A DNA stretch of 64,000 nt from Octopus sinensis (GCF_006345805.1 NC_043014.1:18042001-18106000); one strand, 5' to 3'. Positions 40,197 through 53,304 are shown, counted from the first letter of the stretch. Notes: generated from the letters alone by a model not told the origin. Numbers and translations: made by a program.

Positions 40197-41240
40197 CTAG
40201 GGCAGAGAAACGTACTGTATACATTGGTAGGCCATTAAAACAAACACACCAGATTGTTCATTTACAGAGTCATGTGACAGAGAAAAATTTTTGATAAATA
40301 GTGATGAATATGCTGCGAAAGATATAGGTGTAAATGCTGATAAGATAATGGGCAAGGAAGAGTTTAGCCAAAGAGGTGAGCTGAAGAGAAAAGAAGACCT
40401 TGAAATGAGAATGCATGCACAGTTTGAAAGCAATACACAGGACGTTAAGGATAATACAGCATCGTGGGTATGGCTTGAATGAGGTGATTTGAAGCGTACC
40501 ACCGAAAGCCTGATCATTGCTGCACAAGACCTGGCTCTCGCTCCCAAGTCAGTGAAGTATATAGCATGTATAAAACTTCTGACACCCAGAAATGCAAACT
40601 CTGTAGAAAGAGCGTGGAAAATGTGATTCACGTGGTAAGTGGATGTGAGAGTCTTGTACAAAAAGAATGCAAGGGCTGCCACGATAAAATGTGTGTGTAT
40701 CTTCATTGGCTCTTATACCGTAAATAGCAATATGAAGTAACACAGAACTGGTATGAGCATGTACTAAGTAAAGTTATACAGGTGGATGGAAAAGTAACTA
40801 TACTCTGGGACTATAATTTTCAGACGGATAGTGTAATCGAACACCGTCGGTCGGATATTGTCATATTGAATATGAGAGACGAATACTGTCAGATCATTGA
40901 TGTAGCCATATGAATGTTGTGAGTAAAGAGGTTGAAAAAATCACCAAGTACTCCGAATTGAAAGTGGAAGTGGCAAGACTGTGTGAAATGGGAGAGGGTA
41001 ATGTACAAGTGATACCAGTGGCGATAGAAACGTTGGGCTCAATCCTACTGAAACTTCAAGACTTCTTAAGGCAACTGGAAATCCAATGATAGATTGATTT
41101 TTTGCAAAAAGCAGCCTTAGTGGGCACAGGGCACACTTTAAGGAAAGGATTATCTATCTCAAGTCCTTGTTGTGACTTGACTGATGACTAAAGACTCCTG
41201 TGCAATTTTACCTACACTTTGTTACGAAGGAATAATAATA
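40197..41240 (+). mobile_element. Decayed R4/Dong-clade 3' fragment (CCHC and restriction-like endonuclease) with (TAA)n tail
   Basis: TESLIIAAQD, CKLCRKSVENVIHVVSGC, LWDYNFQTD...HRRSDIVIL...IIDVAI...EKITKYSEL. Ends in aataataataat. Confidence 0.87.
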
Positions 41241-41499
41241 ATCCTTTCTACTATAGGGACAAGGCCTCAAATTTGGGGGAAGTTATAGTCAATCACATTG
41301 ACTCTATCAACCTCGACAAAATTTGAACTCAGAATGTAAAGACGAACTAAATGTCGCTAAGCATTTTGCTCGGCGCGGTAATGGTTCTACCAGCTCACCT
41401 TATTATTATTATTGTTATTATTATTATTATTATCATTATTATTATTATTATTTTTTTTTTAATTATTAATAATGACAATAATAATAACAACAACAACAT

Positions 41500-41564
<65 letters not shown>

Positions 41565-41634
41565 ATAATAATAATAATAATAATAATAAAAATAATAATA
41601 ATTATTATTATTATTTTTATTATTAATGCTATTA

Positions 41635-41708
<74 letters not shown>

Positions 41709-41717
41709 CTTGATAAA

Positions 41718-41945
41718 TCTGCCAAGGTCACTTTATAGAAGGGAAATTGAAGACCTCATATTCATTGGTACTGGATGCTGACACAGTCATAAAAGAACTC
41801 GAGCAGGAACAAACAAATATCTCGGAATAAATGAAAGCTTTGGCATTCAGCATGCAAGTATGAAAGAGAAGATGAGGAAGAAATGTTACAGGAGAGTTCG
41901 AGCAGTCCTAAAATCCGAGTTAGCAGTTCCGGTTGTTATCAACTG
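41718..41945 (+). mobile_element. R4/Dong-clade RT C-terminal fragment
   Basis: KYLGINESFGIQHASMKEKMRKKCYRRVRAVLKSEL, directly after an (ATT)n tract. Confidence 0.75.
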
Positions 41946-42134
41946 CTTGAATAAATGAACTGCAACCAGGCTCAATAAAAAGAGCCCGAGTTATTGTCTG
42001 CGATTACATACTTGTAGTCAGGGTTGGCAGAAATTAAATCAGCTTGCAAATACACGTTCACTTTACTAAATTTATACTCGGGCTAAGCCCGAACAGCCCG
42101 AGTGCCGGAGTCACCATTGATATATATATATATA

Positions 42135-42186
<52 letters not shown>

Positions 42187-42285
42187 TGTGTGTGTGTGTG
42201 TGTGTAATTGTGCTTATGTATAGGTGAGAACACTCGACATGCTGTAGGACATGAAGAAGATAAAAGACATGTCTTTATTGTTAAT

Positions 42286-42673
42286 CTTTACTCTTTTACT
42301 CTTTTACTTGTTTCAGTCATTTGACTGCGGCCATGCTGGAGCACCGCCTTTAGTCGAGCAAATCGACCCCGGGACTTATTCTTTGTAAGCCCAGTACTTA
42401 TTCTATCGGTCTCTTTTGCCGAACCTCTAAGTGACGGGGACGTAAATACACCAGCATCGGTTGTCAAGCAATGCTAGGGGGACAAACACAGACACACAAA
42501 CACACACACACACATATATATATACATATATATGACAGACTTCTTTCAGTTTCCGTCTACCAAATCCACTCACAAGGCATAGGTCGGCCCGCGGCTATAG
42601 CAGAAGACACTTGCCCAAGATGCCACGCAGTGGGACTGAACCCGGAACCATGTGGTTGGTGAGCAAGCTACTT
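42286..42673 (-). mobile_element. SINE family A body (3' part of the copy split by the LINE)
   Basis: Its continuation accacacagccactcctgcgcc is at 48096-48117. Confidence 0.92.
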
Positions 42674-42929
42674 TATTTCATATAATTTGCCATTTAGGCA
42701 TTTACAAAGAGGGGACAAACAAGGACAGACAAATATAAAGGGTGAAGTAGCTTAACACAGTTACAATTTTCGAATGAAATTACGGATAAGATTATAAACA
42801 ATGAATTTTACGAAGGCAATATTTAAAAATATTAATGATCATGTCGAAGGACGGACACCCAGCCATCCTGGTAGAACCTTTACTTTCTGATCCGGTCACA
42901 CTTACCTGGTGCCAAACATACCCATCTTG

Positions 42930-44120
42930 TATGCCACAGGCTTCCATCTTTTCACAAACATCTCGTGACAGACGCCTCTTCTCCAGCCTGATTTTGCTAC
43001 TGAGGTGGTAACTAAAAAAGTTAATCAACCCCTGGCCGGAGACAAAGGTGCCTGTCACTATACCTTTCGTACGCGTCTTCCATACTGTTTCTTTCAGTAT
43101 GGCTACTACACAGAAAAAACAAGCCTTTCTTTCCCTGTTAAGGAAAGGGGGCGGCACAATCTCGATGATAGACTCAGCTGATAGCTGTACTCTTCCCATC
43201 ACTGACAACAGTTGTTCAACAAAAGCTATCAGTCCCGATAACTCCGGACACTCCACGAATGCGTGCAAGACGGTCTCCCTATCCTGCTCACATCGCGGGC
43301 ATGTCGGCGAGACGGCACTACCGTGCCTTGACAGCTTGTCGCGAACAGGTAAAGCCGCACGGAAACACTGCCAGGCCAGGGATTTCTGGTAATTATCCAG
43401 ATACCCCGGCCCGAACGTCCTCCGGAACAGGTTGACCAACTGATTTTCATCGTAGCCCAGGGTCTCTCCCAAGGCGTCTTCGGACTTAATCTCCACTAAC
43501 CCGCTATAGAAATCCGTGGTGGAACTCCTGTTGCCGGCGTTGCCCACCCGAGATAGTAGCTGGAGCGCCTGACGGCACTCCAAATGCCATTCACTCAGTT
43601 TAGGTCTCCGCTTGATCCATGCACCGATATCCGTTAGGGATGTTAACTGGGGAAGGTAGAACCGGACGTGCGGTGACCACACCTGCTCTCCATCCAGGTA
43701 AAGCCAGAGGTGCCTCAACCTTAACGCGAGTTTTCGCATCCTCAGCCAAGGCATCCCTAGCCCACCCTTTAGCGGTTTCTGGCAGCAGACAGAGCGCTTT
43801 ACAAGTGGCTTTCCTCCTTTCCACAAAAATCGGAAAAGGATTCTCTCCAACTTGTTCATCCACAAATCGGGGCAAGGCACCACGGTCAGACGGTAGGTGA
43901 TTACTGATGCTATAAACATCTGCACCACCTCCGCCTTCCCTAGCAGGGATAACGCCCGCCCAGACCAGGTCTGGGTTAGAGCGGTCACCTTGTTGGCCAC
44001 CTCACTCCAATTTTTCTCAATCTGGAGGTCTGGCCCGAACCAGACTCCGAGCAGCTTAACAGGACCTTCCGTCCAACGCCCTACGACGTTATTGGACGGC
44101 ATCGGCTTGCCCCTCATCGA
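42930..44120 (-). pseudogene. ORF2 C-terminal part (RT thumb and CCHC-type zinc finger), out of frame with the upstream part
   Basis: KLLGVWFG, KGGLGMP, LPVRDKL and CPRCEQDRETVLHAFVECP lie in the 42792..44279 frame. Confidence 0.9.
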
Positions 44121-46269
44121 GTTGCAAACCGACCGACTTGTCCTTGTTAACCTTTGCTCCTGCCACCGCCTCGTAGCTTTTGATGGCCTCTTCCACCTCT
44201 GGAAGCTGGCCTTCGTCTGCCACGATGATGGAGGTGTCATCCGCATGCGCCGTAGCTCCTCTTCCACACCATAGATCATGCGGCGCGCCCCCTAGTGCCT
44301 CCAACTTCCGCAGCAAAGGCTCAAGAGCCAATACGTATAGGAGCGAGGACAGGGGACACCCTTGACGAACTGAACGCTCGATCCTGAACGGCTTCGAAAA
44401 GGAACCGTTCACCTTGACTACAGACTCGATGTCGCTATACAAAGCAGCGATCCAACCTCGAAAGGTCGGGCCTAGGCCAGCCTCTCCGAGGACCGCCGCC
44501 AGGTACCGATGGTCGACCCTATCAAATGCTTTGGACTGGTCTAAATGTACCAGTGCTCCCCCTGCGCCAGAAAGCTTCCCCACCCTCTCTAAGGAGTAGC
44601 GTATAAGGTGGAGATTGTCGTGGATCGTTCTGCCGGGGATAGCGCACGTTTGCGCTTCCCCGACAAGTTTGTCCACGACCCGCGCCAACCGTTTTGCTAG
44701 CACCTTGGCCAGAATCTTTAACTCTGTGTTTAACAGAGTTATGGGCCTGAAGTTCCCTATCTCGTCCCCCTTGTTCGGGTCCTTCCTGATCAACGTCACC
44801 GTCCCCCGGCTCGCAGACTTGGGAATTCTCCCATTCTGCTGCCAGTTGGCGTAGACGCTAGCCAGCAGGTGCCCGAACAAGTCTGGCATACTTCTATAAA
44901 ATTCATAGGGCAGACCATCGAGACCCGGCGACTTCTCCCCGGGGCACTTGCCCAACACCTCGATTACTTCCTCGGCTGTGATTGGCCCTTCACAGCACTC
45001 AGCCTCTCGTGTCGAAAGGCGCGGGCCACCAGACAGGAAGTCCCTAAGGGCCTCACCATGATCCAGCGTCCCGCACCTCCCGAACAACTCGGCAAAGTGC
45101 TTGTGAAGTGCCTCACACATCTCGTCCCGCTTCTTGATCGTGCATCCGTTTTCATCAACAAGAGACCCAATTGTGGCATCGTTTCCACGCTGTGTTTCTA
45201 TCGTACGGGCCCATCCGACAACATTAATTCCCTCACGGCCCAATGCTCGTACTTTAGCCCGGACTCTACATCCCTCATGTTTGGTTTTGAGGTGACGGTC
45301 TAATGCCGTTCTCGCCGCTAAAATGTGAGATGCAGAGCCCAACCTCAACGCCTCCTCTAAGTTCTTAACTAGTTGCCCTTCTATTCTAGCCCTATCTAGT
45401 CTTAGTTGTTTACTAAATCTAATGGACTCGAATCGAATGGCTCTTTTGAGGGTGAACCACCACCGGTTATTAACCACGGCTCCTGTTAACACCCTCTGCA
45501 CTAACACCTTAATCCGGCTACGGTATGCCTCGCGTGTCAATGTAGACTTGTTCAGCTTCCAGTAGCCGGTTCCTATCTTAAGTGTGCTATCTATGTCCAG
45601 TCTACACGTGACCATTCTATGGTCAGTATAGGGCACCTGGACAAGTTGTGGACAACTAAAAGTAGACTTATCTCTAGTTCTTATCACTATCCTGTCTAGA
45701 TAAGACTTGAACCTTCCGTCGCCACTCATCCAGGTCCACTCTGGGACGTTCGGATGGTCAAGTCTGTAACGATCTGCCAGCTGAAACCGCTTAAGCAGAT
45801 CCACGAGACGTGAGTTCACTTTCCTATAGATCGAGCCAACGCTATCGATGTGTACGTCAACGATAGCATTAAAGTCCCCTAATATCACTAAAGTCTTCGA
45901 CGTCACGAGAAAGCCCTCTAGGCGCCGATAAAAATCAGTTTGGAAACCTCTAGCACAAGGTGCATAGAGTCCGATCAACCCAAGGACGACCAGCCCACCT
46001 TCTGGGTCTACATAGACTGTACTTGTCTGTAGAGCCAAGTCTTTACGGATCAGTACCACTACGCCCCCTCGCCCTCCGGTCTGGCCAGGAGACATGATTT
46101 TCTCGTAGCCATTCAGGAGAGGCGAGAAGGTTTGTAGGCTGTCCAGCTTGGTCTCTGTAGCAACCATCACATGTATATCATGTGATCTGAGGTCGTCGAG
46201 GAAACAAGCCTGCTTCCACTTCGAACTCAGACCACGCACATTTAAACAACCAAGGTTAAGCGAAGCCAT
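44089..46269 (-). pseudogene. ORF2 N-terminal part: APE endonuclease plus reverse transcriptase, frameshifted near 44115
   Basis: APE motifs LNVRGL, ATET, LGDFN, YLDRI, TDH. RT motifs FRPITLLN, DQSKAFDRVDH, VRQGCPLS, and HADD in place of YADD. Confidence 0.93.
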
Positions 46270-46286
46270 TACAAAAAGTAAAAGTT

Positions 46287-47690
46287 CTACTTACATTTCG
46301 TTGGAGAGGTGGGGGCCGACCTCACCACACGTTTGTGGGCCCCTTCTTTCTCCTCTTTCTTCAGATAGTCCGGCAAGTTCGCGATATGCCGGATGGCGTT
46401 TGGGTGTCTGTCTTTTAATTGTTTGAACGTTGTTTCCGCAATCCACGCGTGTCTATTTCGATCTTTGTATTTGTTGTACAGTCTTGCTGACTGATGCTGA
46501 ACCACAATATCGTTTATGTATTTGTCTTGTGTGTCGAATTCAATTAATATGAGTTCATTTTCTTTTTTGTCTTCTTTTTCTGGGCCAGTTGAGCGGGATT
46601 TTTTTTTCCGTGTCTGTGGTGTGTCTTTGTTTTTATTATTTTTTGTAGGGGATGTGGACGGGGATGCTGCACGAATTCTTTTACGAACTGGTGTAAATCC
46701 CCCCTCTGATACCTCCATGGTATCGTCTGGGGTAGCAATAGGTGGTTCGGTAGGCGCCGCAGGTTTTAGGGGGGTGGGAGGTTTTAATAGTGTAGGGGTT
46801 TGTGAGTGCGAGGGCTGGGTTTTTTCTTCAGTCTGTTTTGGGGTTGGCACCGTAACAGCAGGAGTGGGATTTTTTGTTTTTGTAGGGGTAGGTGTGTTTG
46901 CAAGGGTAGGGACTTTTTTATTATCTGAGGGGCCTGCTGTCTGCAGTTTCTTTTGCTTGTCTGGACAGTCTACACGAATGTAGCCCTTTTTGCCGCAGGC
47001 GTAACAGGTGGGTTTTCGGCCTTCGACCTGTACCCTGAGGGCTACGTTCTCGCCCACGAGCACCCTCTCAGGAAGGAGCTGCAGGTCCTCCGCTGTTCCT
47101 TGAATTAATATATTAATGTTACGCCCGAGCCAAAATAGAGGGGCAGAGCATGTTACTTGTAGTATTTTTATTTTGTCCGCCCTTTTATATAACAGGGCGG
47201 CCACTACCTCTACCGGATCTACGTCCGGCGGGGCTTCTACAATCCTGACCCGGGACGTCCTGCGTCCCCTATAGCTTTGGAAAAGTACCACCTCCTTGGT
47301 TTTTAGGGGGTTCACAGAATGCCCGCGGGCCATTTCTTCCCCTGAGAAGCGGACATCCACAGTGCCATATGCCCGTCCCCTGGCGACGTACACGATGTCC
47401 TTCCAAATCGGGGACAGGCATTTCTCGATTGTGCTTTTTTCAAAGTGTTTGAACCTTCTGCTTTGTGAACAGAAAGTTTTAAACACTACGGTCCGCTTCT
47501 CGGTCTCCACGGTACTGGCGGAGGGTGATATTTTAACATCACCACCCTCCTCTTGCATTCTTTTAAATAGCTCGACGAGCTGATTGACATCGATGTCAAT
47601 GTTCTCGGTAGCCACTGCGGCTACCGCAGAAAATTTTTTAACATTGCTCTCCTCAAGAGCACTACTTTCGTGAATAATTTCAACAGACAT
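46287..47690 (-). CDS. Tx1-type ORF1 protein (nucleic-acid binding, degenerate zinc knuckle, P/T/K-rich low-complexity region)
   Basis: Open frame of about 467 aa from ATG at 47690 (MSVEII...). CYACGKKGYIRVDC is CX2CX4HX4C with H>Y. Ends 17 nt before the ORF2 ATG. Confidence 0.85.
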   Translation of the reverse strand: MSVEIIHESSALEESNVKKFSAVAAVATENIDIDVNQLVELFKRMQEEGGDVKISPSASTVETEKRTVVFKTFCSQSRRFKHFEKSTIEKCLSPIWKDIVYVARGRAYGTVDVRFSGEEMARGHSVNPLKTKEVVLFQSYRGRRTSRVRIVEAPPDVDPVEVVAALLYKRADKIKILQVTCSAPLFWLGRNINILIQGTAEDLQLLPERVLVGENVALRVQVEGRKPTCYACGKKGYIRVDCPDKQKKLQTAGPSDNKKVPTLANTPTPTKTKNPTPAVTVPTPKQTEEKTQPSHSQTPTLLKPPTPLKPAAPTEPPIATPDDTMEVSEGGFTPVRKRIRAASPSTSPTKNNKNKDTPQTRKKKSRSTGPEKEDKKENELILIEFDTQDKYINDIVVQHQSARLYNKYKDRNRHAWIAETTFKQLKDRHPNAIRHIANLPDYLKKEEKEGAHKRVVRSAPTSPTKCK

Positions 47691-48083
47691 TATTCTGTTG
47701 AAATTAGACAACACAAAAATTACGAATATTGGTTTCCCACAAAACTGGGAAACCTATAGAAAGTTTTTCTTCCAAAGTAATTCAAAAAAGCAGTTCAAAA
47801 ATTCCAATTCCCACCCCCATTCGGGGGAGGGACACGAAAATAGTCTGGCAGGACTATATATAGTCACGTAAATAAAAAGCCACAATGGCTAACAGTTCAA
47901 CGGTAAGAAATTATCCAATTATTCCCCGGTAAAACCGGAGAACAAGACAGTTCAGCAACGTTTAAAGACAAATTTTCAGTAGTAGAAATTCAACAATTAA
48001 CAACACAGCAAAATTCTTACCGGGAAGAAAATGCGTTCAAACCGTAGTACGGTGAGTAAAGTCACTCTTCAGTCAGTGAGGTT

Positions 48084-48117
48084 AGCAAGCTACTTACCAC
48101 ACAGCCACTCCTGCGCC
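48084..48117 (-). mobile_element. SINE family A 5' head (A-box side) displaced by the LINE insertion
   Basis: ggcgcaggagtggctgtgtggt plus the target-site duplication. Confidence 0.9.
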
Positions 48118-48214
48118 TGTTATATATAATTGCACCATTTTACTATTAAATCGGGCAATGTTGATCGTTTTCTTGTATTTCTCCCTTTTCTTGCTGGGTT
48201 ATGTCCTTATAACC

Positions 48215-49050
48215 AATAATATTCCCTTCTACATGAGGTACAAAGCCTGTCATTTTCGGGAAGATTTCTAGTTGATTAATTCGATCCCAGTGTTCGTCTG
48301 TTACTTATTTTATCGAAAGAATGGAGGTGAAAGTTGACCTCGGTGGCATTTGAAAGCAGAACGTAAATCGAAGAAAATGCCGTATACATTTTACCTGGCG
48401 TGCTAACGATTCTGCCAGGTCACGACCTTTTTTATAACAAAGAATAACGGTTTCAGATCTTGGCATGAGATCAGCCATTTCGGGGTAAGGGGTAAGTCAA
48501 TTACAACGACCCCAATGCTCAAATTATACTTATTTTAACAACTCCGAAGGATGAAAAGCAAATTCGACTCGGCGGAATTTGATCACAGAATGTAAAGCCG
48601 GACGAAGTGCCGTTACACATTTTGTCCGGTACAGTAATAATAGTTCTTATCCGCTGTCTTATTACAGGCAATGATATTCTTTTGTACAACAGATAATTGC
48701 GGGGGAGGTGTAAGTAGATTACATCGAACCCAGTGTTCAACTGATACCTATTTTATCGATTCCCAAAGGATGAAAGGCAAAGTCGACGTCAGCGGAATTT
48801 GAACTCGGAATGTAAAGACGGACTAAATACTACTAAGTATTTTGCCCGGCGTATAAACGATTCTTCCAATTCGTCGCGTTATTAAAGCCAATAATAATAA
48901 TTTCTATTATAGGCACAAGGCCTGAAATTTTCTGGGAGCGGGTAAGTCGATCATCGACTCCCATTGCTTGATTAGTCCTTAATTTATCGACGCCGAATGG
49001 CTGAAAGGCAAGATGGGCGAAATACCGCTAAGCACCTTGCCCGGTGCAAA
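48215..49050 (-). repeat. Head-to-tail array of four decayed SINE family C copies
   Basis: Repeated ggaatttga...cagaa and gctaagca...ccggcgt units separated by aataat tails. Similar arrays at 55150-55930 and 60125-60935. Single copies at 41243-41400, 19365-19530 and 63310-63790. Confidence 0.8.
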
Positions 49051-49371
49051 ACTTTTTCCCACGAGAGTTCCGGACACCAGTTATGAACTCATGTGCATAC
49101 AGCTCAGCTATCAAACTAATTTATGAGCGTATGACAAGTGATGGGCGATAAGATAAGGTCACTTGGGTAAGGAATGACCATGCTTCTTTTCTCTTTTAAT
49201 AATGCTTGTTGTTCTTGTTCTTGTTTCAACCATGGCTGCCTCTGCGTAGTTATTTGTGCTGTTTACTTTGTAAAACAGAAATGAACAAAAAAGATAAAAA
49301 ACGATGAGGAGAAAATATACACCGCTTAGTAAATTTCTAGAGGTTTTGTTGATGTATTTTATGTCATGTTT

Positions 49372-49484
<113 letters not shown>

Positions 49485-49675
49485 CAAATATATATACGTA
49501 TACGTGTAAATATATACATATATACATACATACACACTATATGCATGTATGTATATATATATGTGTGTAAATATATTTATATATATATATATATTATATA
49601 TATATATATATAGGGAGAGAGAGATAGAGAGAGAGAGAGAAATACAGAAAGACACATATATAGCTAGCCAGCTAG

Positions 49676-49732
<57 letters not shown>

Positions 49733-50642
49733 CGTACAAACTGACATATATACATATGTATGTATGTGTGTAAATTTTTGTATTTGCTAATTGGACAAAC
49801 TTAACATTTTTCATCTTCATGTTCTGCAAGCTGAGAGTCCTCCCATACATACAAAACAAACAAACAAGCAAACATACATACAAATATACATACATACATA
49901 CATACATCAATACATACATACATACATACATACATACATACATACATACATACATACATACATAAATACATACATACATACATACATGTATGCATGCATA
50001 CATACATACATACTACATACATACATACATGCATGCATGCATACATACATACATACATACATACATACATACATACATACATACATACATACACACATAC
50101 ATATATACATACATACATACATACATACCTAGTTCTTAACAGAAGAGACTAAACAACAACCTCGTAGCGAATTCATATAAGTTTTTCTATTCTAGTTCTT
50201 AATTTTCATGTCGTTGTTGTTGTTGACGTTTATGTTGTTGCTGTTGTTGTTAGTGTTGATGTTTTTAATCTCTTTCATTATATTCGTCTTATACTATTTC
50301 TTGTCACTTTCTCGCCTACTTGCCTCTCCCTCTCCTACTTCATCTCTGCCTTCTCCTCTCTAATATTTCCTACACGGTTGGACCACCCCATAGAAAAGAG
50401 AAACTGCTATGTTAACAGTTTGATAGATGAATCTGTTCGTGTCATCGGTCAGTTTGATTTCTATCTTAAGTCACTTTGAGCAACCTCACTTAGACACCGT
50501 GGCGACCATTTAAAAATCGCTCTTTTAGAACTCTTTTTCCCTTCTCTCTTTCCTTTCTTTCTCTCGTCTTCTCTCTTAGTACATACATATAAGTATATAT
50601 ACATAAATACGCACACAAAAGTATATTTGTGTATACATACAT

Positions 50643-50673
<31 letters not shown>

Positions 50674-50940
50674 CACACATATACATATACACAAACGTAT
50701 ATTTATATATATATATATATATGTACATGTACACAAACGTATATTTGTATATAAATATATATATATATGTGTGTGTATATATATATATGTGTGTGTGTGT
50801 GCATGTGTATGTGTATATATATATATTTATATGTAATTGTCTTAGATTAGACCTGTTGGAATGTGTTACATTCAACACATGTGTCTAATCTCTCATGTGT
50901 CTCTCATTGCCTATTTTTCTCTCACTCATTCCTCCCAACA

Positions 50941-50994
<54 letters not shown>

Positions 50995-51045
50995 TATATA
51001 TATACATACATACATACATACATACATACATGTATAAATATATAT

Positions 51046-51083
<38 letters not shown>

Positions 51084-51446
51084 CATGCAGGGAACTTATG
51101 TATGCTTAATTTTGTGCATCTATGTACGTGTGTATATAGGTATATATGTGTGTGTGTTTGTATGTATGTGTGTATGAGTCGCGAAAAGCGTATTAAGATT
51201 CGTGAAGATCATTTTCCGCGATGATTTGGAGGCGATTTCTCCTATGTGATATTTTCCTTACTTTAAGGATCAGAGTGAAAGGTTGGTTTTCAGAAGTGAT
51301 CTCGTATGCCTCAATAAGTCGAAATGGATGTTGTTTGGAGTTGGGAATTTTCGTTGTTGCTTAGTCTCCACGCTACTTTTAATCTCTCCAAATGATTGCT
51401 GTACATTTATCCATGCTTATTCTTGAGATGTAAGACATTTTTCAAG

Positions 51447-51489
<43 letters not shown>

Positions 51490-51498
51490 CACACAGAA

Positions 51499-51533
<35 letters not shown>

Positions 51534-52387
51534 CAAGGTGCGATGGGTAAAGTCACTATTTTATATTTAAATTTCGCGCATGCGCATTGTTTTTTTTTAT
51601 TTTATTGACTATACAATATAATAGGGTCAGCCGGGTACCATCGTTAAGCAAAAACAGCGAGATGATGCAATTCACTCTGCCAGAAATTTGCAAACTACAT
51701 GCTGTACTGCTTGGCATTCGCGACAGAAGTTCCAATACAAACGTTTCAGAGTGTTTTGGTGTCAATCTCAGGACAGTGCAATCTGAAGACGTGTACTGAG
51801 AGTGATAAAAATCAAACATCCAATCAACGTCATGGTGTTTGGAGTGATGATGAGTGATGGCGACGTTAAGACTCCATTCCTCTTCCCACACGGCTTCAGA
51901 CTCAACACGGCGGCCTACATTAAGTGCCTGAAGGAGGTAGTGTCGCCCTGGGTCAAGAAGGTGGGTGCTCGAAGACTCTATGTCTGGCAACAGGACTCTG
52001 CATTATGCCGCATAAGCAGGAGAACCCAGTCATGGCTGTCGGACAATTTCTGCGACCACATTACCTCTGGCTACCAGATTGCAGCCCACTTGATTATTAT
52101 CTGTAAGGCGCAGTTGAGCGAGAGACCAAAGAGAACCTTTTGATGAACTGATAAAAGCAAGGATTATGGAACTCACCAGCATAAACAAGATCATCCAGGA
52201 GAGTTGCGGGAGATTCCAAAGTCGTTTGGAGGTCATGGTTGAAGCCAATGGCGATGTTATTGAATAAATCTACTATTTAGTATTTCAAGATGTTTTTAAG
52301 TAGTTTTGGTAAATATATCCATTAAAATGAGATATCAGTGTTATTTTAATTTTTGCGTAATTTAGACGACAGATTTCTCACCACAAC

Positions 52388-52390
<3 letters not shown>
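51534..52390 (+). mobile_element. Internally deleted Tc1/mariner element
   Basis: KHPINVMVFGV, YIKCLKEVV, VWQQDSA, PDCSPLDYY. Degenerate inverted ends, TA-rich flank. Confidence 0.88.
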
Positions 52391-52425
<35 letters not shown>

Positions 52426-53304
52426 GCACGCACGGTCACACACACACACACACACACATATATATGTATGTAGGTATGTACGTATGTATGTATGAATATG
52501 TAAATATAAATATATATTTGTATACACCCCCCACATTTCGTTTTTGTTTTTAGTTTGCAAGATTCTTTACGTGAATTCTTGTGTTGAAGCAAATGTCATA
52601 GCGTCCGAGGAGGGTCATTCTGTTTAAATGCTTTATTAATTAAGACACACACACTGGTTCAATTTCCACTCATTTACTTATTTATTTTTTACTAAAATCT
52701 TTGTTGCTTCGTGCAACCTCTTCAATAGTCCCTGACTCTGTCCATTATCTGCTTTTTGTTTGTTTGTGTGCATACGTGTGCGTCAGTGTGCATGTGTATC
52801 CACATATGTATGTATGCGTGTATGTATGCGTGTATGTATGCGTGTGTGCATGTGTATGCATGTACAATATATATGTATGCGTGTGTACGTTTGTTTGCAT
52901 GTATTTTGCTTATTCATGTGTTTGTGTGTATGTGTGTGTGCGCGCGCGCGTGTGTATATTTGTGTGTGTACTTCTGTCACCCAGTGTGTGTACGTTTCAG
53001 AATGTCTATGTGTATGGGTTTGTGTGACTATGTACGCGTGTCTGTTATATATCGATGTCCGTCTCCATATGTGTCCTTACGTCTGTGTATACAGTCATGT
53101 GTTTCGGTCTCCTTTTGTGTATGTATTTGTGTGTGAGTGTGCACGTAGTCGTGTATTTATCTGATAGTTGCTTAGATAAAATGCGGATGTCAAGTTGGCC
53201 TGGTGTCCCTCCCTGCTGGTCCTTGCCATGTTGGCAGAATATGGAGGACTGTTTTTTGTTGTCATATTGTCTCAAATGTCAGTTTAGTCTCTTCGCAACG
53301 CCGG

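Larger units (their letters stand above)
42674..48083 (-). mobile_element. Near full-length Tx1/L1-clade non-LTR retrotransposon (5'UTR, ORF1, ORF2, 3'UTR), recently inactivated
   Basis: Two long minus-strand ORFs with APE/RT/zinc-finger motifs. Bounded by the 12-bp direct repeat AGCAAGCTACTT (42662-42673 and 48084-48095) inside a split SINE. Confidence 0.95.

Noticed and set aside
38611-40743. 128-aa and 169-aa ORFs beginning MKIHTHF in both inverted arms
   Set aside because: Antisense to the decayed Dong/R4 reading frame. They repeat only because of the duplication.
43048-47583. Plus-strand ORFs overlapping the Tx1 element
   Set aside because: Antisense shadows of GC-rich LINE coding sequence.
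48040-48083. CTGAAGA plus gtga/tcac hairpin at the Tx1 5' end (minus strand) as a hammerhead
   Set aside because: The hairpin is followed by CGTA rather than GAAA, and there is no stem III or UH.
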